The notes: generated by a model from the sequence alone, not told the origin. 64,000 nucleotides of DNA from Candidatus Moanibacter sp. (GCA_965215885.1 CBDCEW010000104.1:32001-96000); one strand, 5' to 3'. Counted from the first letter of the stretch, positions 21,302 through 32,004 are shown. Numbers and translations are program-made.

Positions 21302-23101
21302 CTACAGCCGCGAAGCCATCAGGTCTCTCTCCAATGTCAGCTCTTCAGGCAAGCGGTCGGATAGTTTGCCGAAGAGCGTCTCGTGTTGATCGGCGAGCGA
21401 TCTGATGGCATCTGGATTGAAACCCATCAGTTCATCCCACTTTTCCCCGGTATACTGAAGTCCTCTCCAATCGATATCTTCGTAGCGGGGCAACCATCCG
21501 AGGGCTGATTCGTGAGCATGCACTTTTCCCTTTGTGCGTTCTACGATCCACATGAGAACACGCATATTTTCTCCATACCCGGGCCAAAGGAAGTCCCCGT
21601 TTCTGTCTTTCCGAAACCAGTTTACGTGGAAAATCATCGGGAGCTCTTCAAAGGAGCGTCCCATCTTTAGCCAATGCCGGAAATAGTCACCAACATTATA
21701 GCCGCAGAAAGGAAGCATGGCCATTGGATCGTGGCGCAGGGAACCGACCTTTCCCTCGGCCGCCGCCGTCATTTCCGAACCCATTGTAGCGCCAACATAT
21801 ACTCCATGAGTCCAGTTGAAGGACTGAAAAACGAGAGGTATGTCATTCATTCGGCGACCACCAAAAATAAACGCCCTTATCGGCACCCCATTGGGGTCCT
21901 CCCATGCCGGATCGATAGTTGGACATTGAGCCGCCGGCGCCGTGAAACGAGAGTTCGGATGAGCGGCAGGGTAATCGCAATCCGGAGTCCACTCTCCCCC
22001 CTTCCAATCGATGAGATGCTCGGGAGGTTCCTCAGTCATCTCCTCCCACCAGACATCGCCATCATCGGTCATCGCAACGTTCGTAAATATCGAATTACTT
22101 CGCAATGATTCCATCGCGTTCGGGTTTGTCCGGTATGATGTGCCCGGTGCCACACCGAAAAAACCGGCCTCGGGATTGATGGCATAAGGTAGACCGTCAC
22201 TCCCGGGCTTTATCCAGGCGATGTCATCGCCAATAGTGGATATACTCCAGCCATCGATCTCCTCGGGCGGAATGAGCATGGCAAAATTCGTCTTCCCACA
22301 GGCGCTGGGGAAAGCGGCCGCGACGTATGATTTTTCTCCATCAGGCGACTCTACTCCGAGGATAAGCATATGTTCCGCGAGCCACCCTTCATCGCGCGCC
22401 ATGCAGGAAGCGATGCGAAGAGCGAGGCACTTCTTACCCAACAGTGCGTTTCCTCCATATCCGCTCCCGTAGGAAAAAATCGAACGTTCCTCCGGAAAAT
22501 GAACGATGTATCGATTGTCAGGATCACAAGGCCATTTCACATTTTCCCGGCCAATTTCAAGCGGCGCACCCACTGAGTGCAGGCAGGGGACAAAGAAACC
22601 ATCCTCCCCAAGTGCGTCCAGCACCTTGCAGCCGATACGGGTCATGATACGCATACTTACCACAACATAGGGTGAATCCGAGACCTCGACACCGATCTGC
22701 GAAATTGAGGATCCAATCGGACCCATGCTGAAAGGAACGACATACATGGTGCGGCCACGCATACAACCGTCGAAAAGACGGTTGAGCGTCTCTTTCATCT
22801 CTACAGGATCCAACCAATTGTTGGTCGGTCCAGCATCCTCTTCTCTGACGCTGCATATGAAAGTCCTGTCTTCTACACGTGCGACGTCTCTCGGATCGGA
22901 ACGGCAAAGAAAGCTATTAGGGCGCTTTTCCGGGTTTAGCCTTATAAATGTCCCGCTTTCCTCCATGGACCGGCAGAGCTCATCATACTCCTCCTGCGAC
23001 CCATCACACCAATGTACTTTTTCGGGTTTGCACAGTTCTCGAAGCTCCTGAACCCATTTGAGAAGAGCCTTATGTCTGATATTCCCTGTCTGTTCTGCCA
23101 T
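21302..23101 (-). CDS. pckG: Phosphoenolpyruvate carboxykinase (GTP)
   Basis: [35 protein letters not shown] and [13 protein letters not shown] motifs. Confidence 0.97.
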   Translation of the reverse strand: MAEQTGNIRHKALLKWVQELRELCKPEKVHWCDGSQEEYDELCRSMEESGTFIRLNPEKRPNSFLCRSDPRDVARVEDRTFICSVREEDAGPTNNWLDPVEMKETLNRLFDGCMRGRTMYVVPFSMGPIGSSISQIGVEVSDSPYVVVSMRIMTRIGCKVLDALGEDGFFVPCLHSVGAPLEIGRENVKWPCDPDNRYIVHFPEERSIFSYGSGYGGNALLGKKCLALRIASCMARDEGWLAEHMLILGVESPDGEKSYVAAAFPSACGKTNFAMLIPPEEIDGWSISTIGDDIAWIKPGSDGLPYAINPEAGFFGVAPGTSYRTNPNAMESLRSNSIFTNVAMTDDGDVWWEEMTEEPPEHLIDWKGGEWTPDCDYPAAHPNSRFTAPAAQCPTIDPAWEDPNGVPIRAFIFGGRRMNDIPLVFQSFNWTHGVYVGATMGSEMTAAAEGKVGSLRHDPMAMLPFCGYNVGDYFRHWLKMGRSFEELPMIFHVNWFRKDRNGDFLWPGYGENMRVLMWIVERTKGKVHAHESALGWLPRYEDIDWRGLQYTGEKWDELMGFNPDAIRSLADQHETLFGKLSDRLPEELTLERDLMASRL

Positions 23102-23302
23102 CTCTCAATAGTTTTTACATCTTCAATTTCTCAGTAAATCAGCACATCGTCGAACGATGAGCTGCTAAAGTCGCTCCTCCGCCTGTCGATGCCAGCTAAC
23201 CGCTCGGTGTTTCCCGAACCTCCCCGGTTTTGAGAAGCTTCGAGGACTATGGTGAGAAAAGTGGGCTAGGCAAGCGCAAATCGATTTGTTGTAATTTAGC
23301 CC

Positions 23303-24653
23303 CAGGGTAAAAGGATTCCAGGAAGCAACTAGCTGATAAGCAAGAAGATAAAAAAAGAGCTAAACAAACCCGAGGGAATCAGTCATGTTAAGATGGGATG
23401 AAAGACAAAAAATCTTACCAACTGAATCCTTCGATAGATCGTTTAACTCTGCGTCTGGTCCTGCCCGAAGAGCAGGAGCGATTCAATGATCTATTGAAAC
23501 AACATCATTATTTACACAGTGCGGGCAGCGCAGGAGAGACCCTGCGCTATGTGGCGCAGATCGACGGGCAATGGATGGGCCTGCTCTTGTGGGGGGCCGC
23601 ATCCTACCGGCTGAAGGATCGAGACGAATGGATCGGGTGGGACGGGGCGCAACGGCATGCACGATTGAAACTGGTAGTACAGAACCGGCGTTTTCTGATT
23701 TTGCCCTGGGTGGATCTTGCAAATTTGGCCTCCAAGACGTTGGGTATGTGCCTGAGAGTCTTAGCCGATCACTGGCAGGAGGCTTTTGGCTATCGTCCCT
23801 TAGTAGCGGAAACGTTCGTGGACCCACAGATTCACCGGGGCACTTGCTACGAAGCGAGCGGGTGGACGCCCTTGGGCTTGAGCGCGGGATATGGCCGCCA
23901 ACGCGAAGATTTCTATCAACGCCATGAGCGTCCCAAGCAGATCTGGGTCAAACCCCTCAAGGCTAATGCCCTTGAGCTTTTGCGCGCTTCAGGGCCATTG
24001 CCCGCGGCACAGAGCCAGGCGCTCAATGAAACCGATAACTCCCATGCGGTCTGCCTCAAAGTGGAACAGATGAGCAGCCTGTGGGAACGCTTCAATCAGA
24101 TAGAAGACTTCCGTCGTAAAGCGGGCCTTAGATATCGGCTCGCCACGGTCCTGAGCATGATTGTGCTCGGCACGATGTGCGGCAAACAGACCCTCAAGGG
24201 CATCGTGCGCCTGGCCCATCATCTCAATCAAGCCCAATTGCGCGCCTTACGCTCCTGGAAAAACCCCAAAACAGGCCGCTATAAGGCCCCTTGCTATGAT
24301 GTCTTCTATCGGGTCTTGCAAAACGTAAAGGCCGAGCTCTTCGATAAAACCCTCACCGAATTCATCTGCTTACAAGACGGCTGTTTGCCCCGCGATATTG
24401 CCGTCGACGGCAAGACCCTCAAAGGCACAAACACCGAAGAATCAAAGGCTCTGCACCTGGTGGCCGCAGTCGATCACCAAAGCGCTCAAACCTTAGCCCA
24501 AGTCGCTACCGCCGATAAATCCAACGAGATCACCGCCGCCCAGACTCTCTTGCGAAAGATGCCCATTTTGGACGGCTCCACCTTCACCTTCGACGCCATG
24601 CATAATCAAAAAGAAACTGCCCACATCGTCGTCGAAGAACTCAGTGCTGACTA
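23303..24653 (+). mobile_element. ISAs1-family element with DUF4338 domain, copy 1 (3'-truncated)
   Basis: Starts CAGGGTAAAAGGATTCC and is nearly identical to the copy at 38424; it breaks at ...GCTGACTA where another IS begins. Confidence 0.9.
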
Positions 24654-24654
24654 G
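23398..24654 (+). pseudogene. Truncated DUF4338-ISAs1 transposase
   Basis: HHYL and ETFVDP...GTCYEASGW (DUF4338); IAVDGKTLKG, KSNEI and TFDAMH (ISAs1 DDE); the C-terminal part is missing. Confidence 0.88.
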
Positions 24655-26573
24655 ACCTTATCCGAAAAGCTACTGATTGGCCGCAAAGAGGCGCAAAAGG
24701 CGCAAGAAAAACTTGAGAAAAATCATTTTTTGGCTTGATAAAAAGTGTCGCAACATGCTAGTGTTTAACAACCTAAGATTAAGAAAGGAGTTAAACATGC
24801 CAACATGTGCGACAGAGGAGAACAAAAGCGATAAGACGCCCCTTAGCAACCTCATTCTGCCGGTTCCAGACACGGATTTCCGTGATTTTCTGGATGAAGT
24901 TGAAGAATTGGCCGGGTTCGCGGCGCAAATCATCGAGGCGATCGAGAAGGATCTGGACGCCCATGCGCGTGAGAAGAAGAAACTTCGATTGGAAGATCGC
25001 AGGTTCTTTGAAGGGCGCACAGCGGAGCTGCCGGAGCTGGACATCGAGGAGGAGAATATTCTGGCTGCTGAATTGAATCTTGGGGCAGGCCGGCCGCGGA
25101 TGCCGGCTTATGCGGTATACGTGTTCGTGATGCTTCGAGGGTTTCTGGGTTCGTTGACCACGAAACCGGCACGGCGGTTTGTGCGCGAGTCGATGAGCTT
25201 GTACGGATTTTTGCAGAGCGGGGGACTGAGAATGCCGGCGGTGACGACGATTCTGGAGAACGTGAACCTGGTCAGCCATACGACCCGCGAGTTGATCTTT
25301 GATAAACAGATTGGGTTTATCCTCCAGGAGCAATGGGACGATTTCGGGAAGCTGACGATCGACAGCACCTCGGTGAAAGCAAACAGCTGCTGGCCCACCG
25401 ATGGGAAGATTCTGAGCGGTCTTTTGATGCGGGCCAATCGTTTGGGTCAGAAGTTGCATGTCTTCGGGCTGGAGGATTTTCGCAAGGGATGGGTTGGGCG
25501 TTGGCTGGAGGAAATGGACAAGCTGGAGTTTCAGATTTGTCTGGCCGCGGGCAAACCGAAGTCGAAGGGCAAGCTGAAGAAACACTACCGGCGGTTGCTC
25601 AAGCGGGGCCGCAAGGCGGCCGACTCACTAACGGGGGAACTGAGCCATCTTGAAGAGGGCCTGTCGATGGATTCACTGCCTCCCACTCGCCGGGAGCTTC
25701 TGGAGCGGGCATTGAGCCAGATCAGGGGCGATATTGCCGACGCCAAGCGGGTTGTTGAGTATGCTCATGATCGGGTGTTTCACGAAAAGAAGCTACCGTC
25801 CACACAGAAGGTCCTGAGCCTCTCGGACGGATCGGCGGCCTACATCAAGAAGGGCAGCCGCAATCCAGTGATCGGGTACAAGCCACAACTGGTTCGCAGC
25901 GAAAACGGTTTTGTCACCAGCCTGATCGTACCGCAAGGCAACGCGGCAGACTCCATTGAGCTGGCGCCGGCCATCGGCGATTCGATCAAGCGCACCGGTG
26001 TCATTGCTGAACTGGTCAGCACCGATGACGGATATGCTTCGGCGAAGGGACGCAAGGAGGTGCTGAGCATGGGGGTAAAGCAGATCAGTATCAGTGGGGC
26101 GAAGGGCAAGAAGTTGACCACCCCCGAGGACTGGGAGAGCGAGGCGTATCGCGAGGCACGCCGCGATCGCTCCGCAGTGGAGTCGCTGATGTTCACGATT
26201 AAAGATGGATTTGCCTTTGGCGAACTCGGCCGCCGCGGCATCGATGCGGTAGGCGATGAACTGCTCGAGAAGGTTCTGGCCTACAACTTCTGCCGCATCA
26301 TACTGATGAAGAAACGACGACGGGAGGAACTGGAACAGGCGGCCTGAATCTGACCGCTTTGCAGCTCGGAGAAAAAAGCACCACGGGATGAGTATGCCTC
26401 CAAACAGCGGCAAATATGCGTATTGTGCAGCAAGCCACGCCGATGGCCGCTCAATACCTGCTCATCGGCAGCGTCGGCAGCCTGAAACCCGACGCCTGCC
26501 AGCCATAGGCTGGTCCGCCTGTGGCGGAAAACCTGAAACCGTCCGCTCGAAAGGCTTTTCGAATGGGGTCTAG
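24651..26573 (+). mobile_element. IS5/ISNCY-like insertion sequence with CTAG-palindromic junctions
   Basis: Left end CTAGACCTTATCCGAAAAGC versus reverse-complemented right end CTAGACCCCATTCGAAAAGC; encloses one DDE transposase. Confidence 0.85.
24797..26347 (+). CDS. DDE transposase (IS5/ISNCY-like)
   Basis: IDSTSVKANSCWPTD, STDDGY and RSAVESLMFTIK motifs; AAGGAG RBS before ATG 24797 (the ORF is open from 24677). Confidence 0.85.
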   Translation: MPTCATEENKSDKTPLSNLILPVPDTDFRDFLDEVEELAGFAAQIIEAIEKDLDAHAREKKKLRLEDRRFFEGRTAELPELDIEEENILAAELNLGAGRPRMPAYAVYVFVMLRGFLGSLTTKPARRFVRESMSLYGFLQSGGLRMPAVTTILENVNLVSHTTRELIFDKQIGFILQEQWDDFGKLTIDSTSVKANSCWPTDGKILSGLLMRANRLGQKLHVFGLEDFRKGWVGRWLEEMDKLEFQICLAAGKPKSKGKLKKHYRRLLKRGRKAADSLTGELSHLEEGLSMDSLPPTRRELLERALSQIRGDIADAKRVVEYAHDRVFHEKKLPSTQKVLSLSDGSAAYIKKGSRNPVIGYKPQLVRSENGFVTSLIVPQGNAADSIELAPAIGDSIKRTGVIAELVSTDDGYASAKGRKEVLSMGVKQISISGAKGKKLTTPEDWESEAYREARRDRSAVESLMFTIKDGFAFGELGRRGIDAVGDELLEKVLAYNFCRIILMKKRRREELEQAA

Positions 26574-26651
26574 GTTTGTCCTGTAGAAGGATAATTGGAT
26601 AAATTATAATGTGAATTGACAATATATCCAGTTGTTTCGTAAGAAAACCTC

Positions 26652-27833
26652 ATGCTCCCGCGAGAAGTATCTGACATAATTACCAAAGACAGTAGGCAAT
26701 ATAGGGTTATCGGATTGATAGGTCCCCGCCAATCGGGGAAAACGACATTGGCAAAGGCCCTCTTTCCAGACAAACGCTATCTCAATCTCGAAGACCCGGA
26801 ACAGCGGGCATTTGCAGTGGAGGATCCCAAGAGCTTTCTGTCGGATCGGAGCAGGGGACTCATTATCGATGAGTTTCAGCGTGTGCCGGATCTGCTATCT
26901 TATATTCAGACGATTTCGGATGAGGAAAAAGTCCCCGGACAGTTTATTCTGACCGGTTCCGAAAATTTCCTGATGATGGAACAGATCTCTCAATCCCTCG
27001 CCGGCAGAATCAGCCTTTTTACCCTCATGCCTCTTTCAATGGCGGAATTGTTCAAAGAGGAAGATAACATTCCACAGCTTAATGAAGTGCTGTTCAGGGG
27101 ATTTTTTCCACGGCTGTAATCGGAATCCATGGACCCGAAACGGTACTATCAGAATTATGTAAAGACCTATCTTGAACGGGATGTGAGGCAGCTGAAGAAC
27201 ATCGGCGACCTTACCCTCTTTAGGAATTTCCTAATGATGTGCGCGGGACGGACCGGTCAGCTGATGAACTACTCCTCTTTGGGAAATGATCTAGGGATAA
27301 CCCATAATACAGTAAAGTCATGGCTGACAGTATTAGAGACGAGCAACATCGTATATTTGCTGAGGCCCTTCTACGAAAATTTCGGCAAACAGATCGTCAA
27401 ATCTCCGAAGATCTATTTTTGCGATACTGGATTGCTTTGCTTTCTATTGAGTATTGAAAGGCCTGATTCCATTTCCTACCACTATCTTAAAGGTGGTATC
27501 TTTGAAAACTTCATCATTGGCGAATTTCTAAAACAAAGATACAATCAGGGCTTGGACGGAAATCTCTACTTCTGGCGGGACAAGCTGGGGAGGGAGGTCG
27601 ATCTTCTTTTGGATGAGGGACAGTCTCGAATAATTATCGAGATAAAGTCCGGACGAACCATTTCGGGGGATTTTTTCAACTCACTCGACTATTATGGATC
27701 GCTGGATCATGAATGTCCGCCGAGAAATCGGTACCTGGTATACGGTGGGGAAGAAAAACAGAACAGGTCCAGAGGTAAAGTTCGTGGCTGGAAAGACTTT
27801 GTTGATATTCATGGCAACCGTGAAACAGCATGA
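26652..27833 (+). pseudogene. AAA+ ATPase with DUF4143 (PD-(D/E)xK-like C-terminus), interrupted by an in-frame TAA
   Basis: GPRQSGKTT, IIDEFQ and LTGS; then KSPKIYFCDTG, FEN, EVDLL and IEIK; stop at 27117-27119 (RL* where RLY is expected), with both halves in the same frame. Confidence 0.88.
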
Positions 27834-27851
27834 ACTTTTGTTGGTGCTAAT

Positions 27852-27932
27852 AGAAGATCGACGGGAGATCACGATTGAGAATCTCGATGGAAGATGGGAA
27901 ATCTGATCAATCTTCCGTTGTGAATCATAATC
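27852..27932. repeat. GATCACGATT composite repeat family, single unit
   Basis: gaagatcgacgggagatcacgattgagaatctcgatggaagatgggaaatctgatcaatct, nearly identical to 29710-29769. Confidence 0.75.
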
Positions 27933-28037
27933 CATTCGGCAAGCTCCCGCCTTCGTCCCGACGAGCGGGACTTCGGCGAGGCAGAGCGGGGTAGGGCACC
28001 GGGAGGCGATTAAGTAGCGATATAACTGCCAATTTCA

Positions 28038-28652
28038 TCACGAAAGCGCCAGTAGCGGTCCCAGCCGTTCACGGACGGTATCCAAGGTGGCCCAACCGCG
28101 TACGATCGAGTGAGTTCCTCCATTTGACTCGAGTATCAAACTGGGGAATTCGCGCACTCCGAGCTCACGGCGCCGGGCAAAGTCCTTTTGCAGCAGCTCC
28201 TCCACACGCGGTGACACCAGATCCCCCGCGAACCGGTCTGGGTCGAGTCCAAGCTCGCCGGACAGGGCAAAGTGGGTGCCCGCATCGGGCGGGTTTCTCG
28301 CCTCCATGTAATAGGCGCGCTGCAGTGCCGCAAACATCTCCGGAAGAACTCCCTGCAATCCACCCGCGAGAGCCGCGCGGCAAGCCGGATAGGTAGACCG
28401 GCGGGGTTGACACTTCTCCCAAAACTCCCAGTTGAAGCGTGCGCCGGTAGTGGCAGACACCTCCCGCCAGGCGTTTCGCACATAACTCCGAACTTCCTCA
28501 GGCATCGGTTCATCAGAATCCCGCGCGAGACCGCCCATGACGTATCTGAGATTCACATTTTGGGGCAGTTCTCCCGCTACCTCCTCCAGCACCGGCGCAA
28601 ATCCCCAACACCAGGAACACATCGGATCGGCAATGTAATAGAGGGTGGGCAT
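28038..28652 (-). CDS. DsbA-family (thioredoxin-fold) protein
   Basis: YIADPMCSWCWGF CxxC motif, STYPACRA and GVREFPSL; ATG at 28652 is the likely start. Confidence 0.88.
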   Translation of the reverse strand: MPTLYYIADPMCSWCWGFAPVLEEVAGELPQNVNLRYVMGGLARDSDEPMPEEVRSYVRNAWREVSATTGARFNWEFWEKCQPRRSTYPACRAALAGGLQGVLPEMFAALQRAYYMEARNPPDAGTHFALSGELGLDPDRFAGDLVSPRVEELLQKDFARRRELGVREFPSLILESNGGTHSIVRGWATLDTVRERLGPLLALS

Positions 28653-28722
28653 GATCTCTTTTTCAGGCAGACTTACAAACACCAGTTTGTTGACCCGAAA
28701 CTTGAATGTCCATGCCCTTCGT

Positions 28723-28745
28723 CCCCCCCCCCCCCCCCCCCCCCC
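28723..28745. repeat. C23 homopolymer
   Basis: 23 consecutive C between the divergent DsbA-like and BrnT genes. Confidence 0.85.
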
Positions 28746-28885
28746 AGCGGGGCGCTTTCCATTTTGATTCTGCTGAGTCAGTCCCGCTGAGCGGGATCGA
28801 AATCTCTCCGGCAGGAGTGAGGCGCAGTGCGTTCGTTCAATAAAGCATTTGTTGACAAAAGGCACACAATGCCGATCTTATAGGC

Positions 28886-29167
28886 ATGTTTGATTGGGCG
28901 GACGAAAAAAATGCTCAACTTCGGCAGGAAAGGGGAATCGGTTTTCAGGAAATTATCTTTCACATTGAGCAGGGTGATGTGCTGGCAGTCAGCGAACACC
29001 CCAACAAAGAGAAGTTTCCTGAGCAGAAGATCATTTACGTCCGAATCGAAGACTATGTTTATATGGTTCCATTCGTGGAATCGGAGGAAGGAAAGTTTCT
29101 GAAGACGATCATTCCGAGCCGGAAAGCGACAAAGAAGTTTTTAGGAGGTAAAAGTGATGAAACTTGA
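28886..29167 (+). CDS. BrnT-family type II toxin
   Basis: FDWADEKNAQLRQERGIGF...FLKTIIPSRKATK. Confidence 0.85.
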   Translation: MFDWADEKNAQLRQERGIGFQEIIFHIEQGDVLAVSEHPNKEKFPEQKIIYVRIEDYVYMVPFVESEEGKFLKTIIPSRKATKKFLGGKSDET

Positions 29168-29426
29168 TGAATATGAAAAAGAGTTGGTTTCTCGCGAGGA
29201 TGAGATTCTGGAAAGGGCACGTCCACCGAGTAAGGAATTGCTTGCGGAGCTGAGTCGTGCTGCCCGTGAGACAATTGCCAAGGATAAGCGGATAAACATT
29301 AGAATATCCTCAAGGGATCTAACCGCTTTGAAGCGTAGGGCAAATAGGTATGGCATGCCCTACCAGACGTTGATTTCGAGCGTACTACACCGGTATGTGT
29401 CGGGCGACCTGACAGAAACAGAATGA
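29157..29426 (+). CDS. Antitoxin (RHH/CopG-like, BrnA-type)
   Basis: Overlaps the toxin gene; KDKRINIRISS...GMPYQTLISSVLH. Confidence 0.85.
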   Translation: MKLDEYEKELVSREDEILERARPPSKELLAELSRAARETIAKDKRINIRISSRDLTALKRRANRYGMPYQTLISSVLHRYVSGDLTETE

Positions 29427-29551
29427 AGGATTCTCCTCCCTTCTCTTGTCCAGCTATTTGACATCCGAAACCCGACACCTGGGAAGAGGGGATCGAAGAG
29501 ACACGGAGACACGAGGATCCGGAGACAGGGGAGATAAGAAGAGCCCATGGA

Positions 29552-29808
29552 TCTTCTGTCGTGACTCACAATCTCGTATCAGGTTATCTAAAGTCGAAAG
29601 AAGAGAAGATCGACAGGAGATTACGATTAAGAATCACGATGGGAGAGGGGGGCACCCTGATCAGTCTCTCTTTTCGTGAATCATAATCGTTATCTAAAGT
29701 CGAAGGGAGGAAGATCGACAGGAGATCACGATTGGGAATCACGATGGAAGATGGGAAATCTGATCAATCTCTTCTGTCGCGAATCTTAGTCGTGATCTGA
29801 AGTCGAAG
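29552..29808. repeat. GATCACGATT composite repeat family, about 2.5 tandem units of roughly 100 bp
   Basis: ttatctaaagtcgaa...gaagatcgacaggagat(t/c)acgatt..gaatcacgatgg repeated twice. Confidence 0.75.
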
Positions 29809-29920
29809 TATACGACGCGGTATGCGACTGATGAGGTTCATAGTTTGGAGTTGCGCCGATAGCAGTCGAAACCATGCTCCCTATCAGCATCCGATTCGAT
29901 AATTCAGTTGGGGAAATAAA

Positions 29921-30712
29921 ATGACACCAGAAACGGCACGAACAACACGAGCACAGATGTTGCGCGACGGATATTGTGTAATTCCGGATATTTTGAGCGA
30001 AGACTTCCTGGAGGAACTTCGGTGCGAAACAGACCGGTTAAACGATACGATGGAACACCATCCGGACACCAAATATCAAGGGACGCACCTCAGCATCAAA
30101 TTTGAGGAGAACTCATTCATGCGGCGGTTGTCGGGGTGCCAGCCTGCGCGACAGGCTCTGGAGGAGCTTGGCTTTGGCGATTTCAAACGCGGTGGCGGGG
30201 TGATCATCCTGACTAAAGAGCCGAATGCACCCGCTCTTTACTGGCATCAGGACTGGATGCGATGGAACGACCCGCTCAGTTGTACCCCATGGCCGCAGAC
30301 GATATTTCTGTCCTACTACCTCGAAGAAACTGGAATTGAGAACGGATGTTTAAGGGTTATTCCAGGCACCCATCTGAAACGGATTCCGCTACATGACAGA
30401 ATGGTTACGGCCCATGAACAGGGCGCCCGGTTTATCGATGAAAAACATCCCATTATGTTCAGCGATCATCCTGACCAAGTAAACGTATTCTCAAATCCCG
30501 GGGACCTGGTTATTGCGGATGCGCGCGTCTTGCACGCGGCCTACAAGAATCAGACGGGCGAGCGCCGAAATCTGATTTTGCTTTGGCACAATCGGCCTGA
30601 GGGCGTGCCGGATTACTGGGAGGAAGAGGTTCCTTCAGTGATCAGGGAACAGGATCCGGAAGCAACCTACGAAGGCACCCGGATTCCCGGTGGATATTTA
30701 GTAGGTTGCTGA
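29921..30712 (+). CDS. Phytanoyl-CoA dioxygenase (PhyH)-family Fe/2OG oxygenase
   Basis: DGY, WHQD, NGCLRVIPGTH and LHAA...RR motifs. Confidence 0.9.
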   Translation: MTPETARTTRAQMLRDGYCVIPDILSEDFLEELRCETDRLNDTMEHHPDTKYQGTHLSIKFEENSFMRRLSGCQPARQALEELGFGDFKRGGGVIILTKEPNAPALYWHQDWMRWNDPLSCTPWPQTIFLSYYLEETGIENGCLRVIPGTHLKRIPLHDRMVTAHEQGARFIDEKHPIMFSDHPDQVNVFSNPGDLVIADARVLHAAYKNQTGERRNLILLWHNRPEGVPDYWEEEVPSVIREQDPEATYEGTRIPGGYLVGC

Positions 30713-30790
30713 GGTCGGAAGACAAGTGACGGAGGTCAGAAGTCGGAGGTCAGAGGACAGAAAAAAGAAGGAAGAGGTCAGAAGTCGGAG
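30711..30790. repeat. 7-nt-period GAGGTCA/GAAGTCG repeat
   Basis: gaggtcagaagtcggaggtcagaggacag...gaggtcagaagtcggag. Confidence 0.6.
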
Positions 30791-31032
30791 ACACGCTGCC
30801 GAACCGCCGAAAGGATTGAGAACCAAAAAAGGGAACGGGGATTGAAGTGACACTGCCGGCCTGTCGAAAAGGAGACGCGGATATACGTGGACTGGGAGAT
30901 CGATAAACTGATTGATCTTCCCTCGTGCACCATAGTGTCTGCAGAGTACCGGAATGCAACTGATGGAGAAGAGCGTTACATTTTCCGAAAAAACTTTAAT
31001 CTGGAGATCCGACTATTGGTAAGAGATCTGAG

Positions 31033-31998
31033 ATGTATCGAGTAGCTAAGCCGAAAGGAATAGGAAACATTGTCGTGGAGGAGGTTGCCGTCCCTGAGGT
31101 CGCTGCGACGGAAGTGCTGATCCGGGCGGAAACCTCATTGATCAGCCGTGGATCCGAGATTTGGCGGCGCTACGTGCATGAAGAAGCGATCGATCCGCAG
31201 ATCATGGGTTACTCGATGGTGGGTTCTATTGTTGAAGTCGGATCCAAGGTCGATGGCTTCTCTCCCGGCCAGCGAGTGGCCGCGCTGGCTCCACATGCCG
31301 AGTATGTCGCGGTCGAAATTTTCGATTCCGACCATCCGCCGACAGTGGTCGCCCTGCCCGACGAGGTTACATCAGAATCCGCAACCTTCTGGCCACTGGC
31401 GACAAGCTCGATCATGTGGATGGAAGCACTTGAAGCGACGGCAGACGAGACAATCGCGATCATCGGTCAGGGTCTGGTGGGCAGTGGCTGTCTGCAGGCA
31501 TTGAAAGCGGATGTCGGCTGCCGGGTGATCGCAGTCGACGGAATAGCCGACCGATGCCGTCTCGCCCTGAAGTTGGGTGCCGACGACGTCGTGGATGTAT
31601 CGAAAGAAGACCCGGCCGATGCTGTCTGTCGACTTACCGGGGAAAGAGGCGCAGATGCGCTGGTCTATGCCGTGGGCGGCCGATCGGGTCCTCGTGCCTT
31701 TGAACAGGCCCAGGAAATCGTCCGACCCGGTGGTTTGCTCCAGGTGATCGGCCTCTACGAAGACGGACCTCTGCCACTCAGCTCATCCAACATCCAGGGT
31801 AAGAGGCTGATTGGCGGATTCCCTCACGGGACTTCCCGTCACGATGCCTCCGATAGGGCTATTCGCTACTTGGGCGAAGGTGAATTTCGTGTCGCCGACA
31901 TGATTTCTCATCGTTTTCCCTTCCAACAGGCACCGGAGGCCTACGACTTGCTCTACAATCGACTCCACGAAGCGATGGGAGTTCTGTTACAGTGGTGA
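31033..31998 (+). CDS. Medium-chain dehydrogenase/reductase (ADH-like)
   Basis: GroES-like N-terminal domain (SLISRGSE, GYSMVG) and Rossmann motif GQGLVG. Confidence 0.85.
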   Translation: MYRVAKPKGIGNIVVEEVAVPEVAATEVLIRAETSLISRGSEIWRRYVHEEAIDPQIMGYSMVGSIVEVGSKVDGFSPGQRVAALAPHAEYVAVEIFDSDHPPTVVALPDEVTSESATFWPLATSSIMWMEALEATADETIAIIGQGLVGSGCLQALKADVGCRVIAVDGIADRCRLALKLGADDVVDVSKEDPADAVCRLTGERGADALVYAVGGRSGPRAFEQAQEIVRPGGLLQVIGLYEDGPLPLSSSNIQGKRLIGGFPHGTSRHDASDRAIRYLGEGEFRVADMISHRFPFQQAPEAYDLLYNRLHEAMGVLLQW

Positions 31999-32004
31999 TG
32001 GGTC

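Noticed and set aside
23102..23300. SAM/SAH riboswitch upstream of pckG-metK-ahcY
   Set aside because: No recognisable consensus by eye; the region contains a MITE-B end. An Rfam scan would be decisive
23398..24654. Druantia defence system
   Set aside because: The DUF4338 domain is fused to an IS transposase and no DruE helicase or other dru genes are present
28653..28865. Poly-Gly N-terminal extension of the DsbA-like ORF
   Set aside because: It is only translation through the C23 tract; the family-typical start is ATG 28652
29552..29808. Repeat arrays considered as CRISPR (also 32005-32490 and 61610-61828)
   Set aside because: Units are degenerate and irregular, lack unique equal-length spacers, and no cas genes are present
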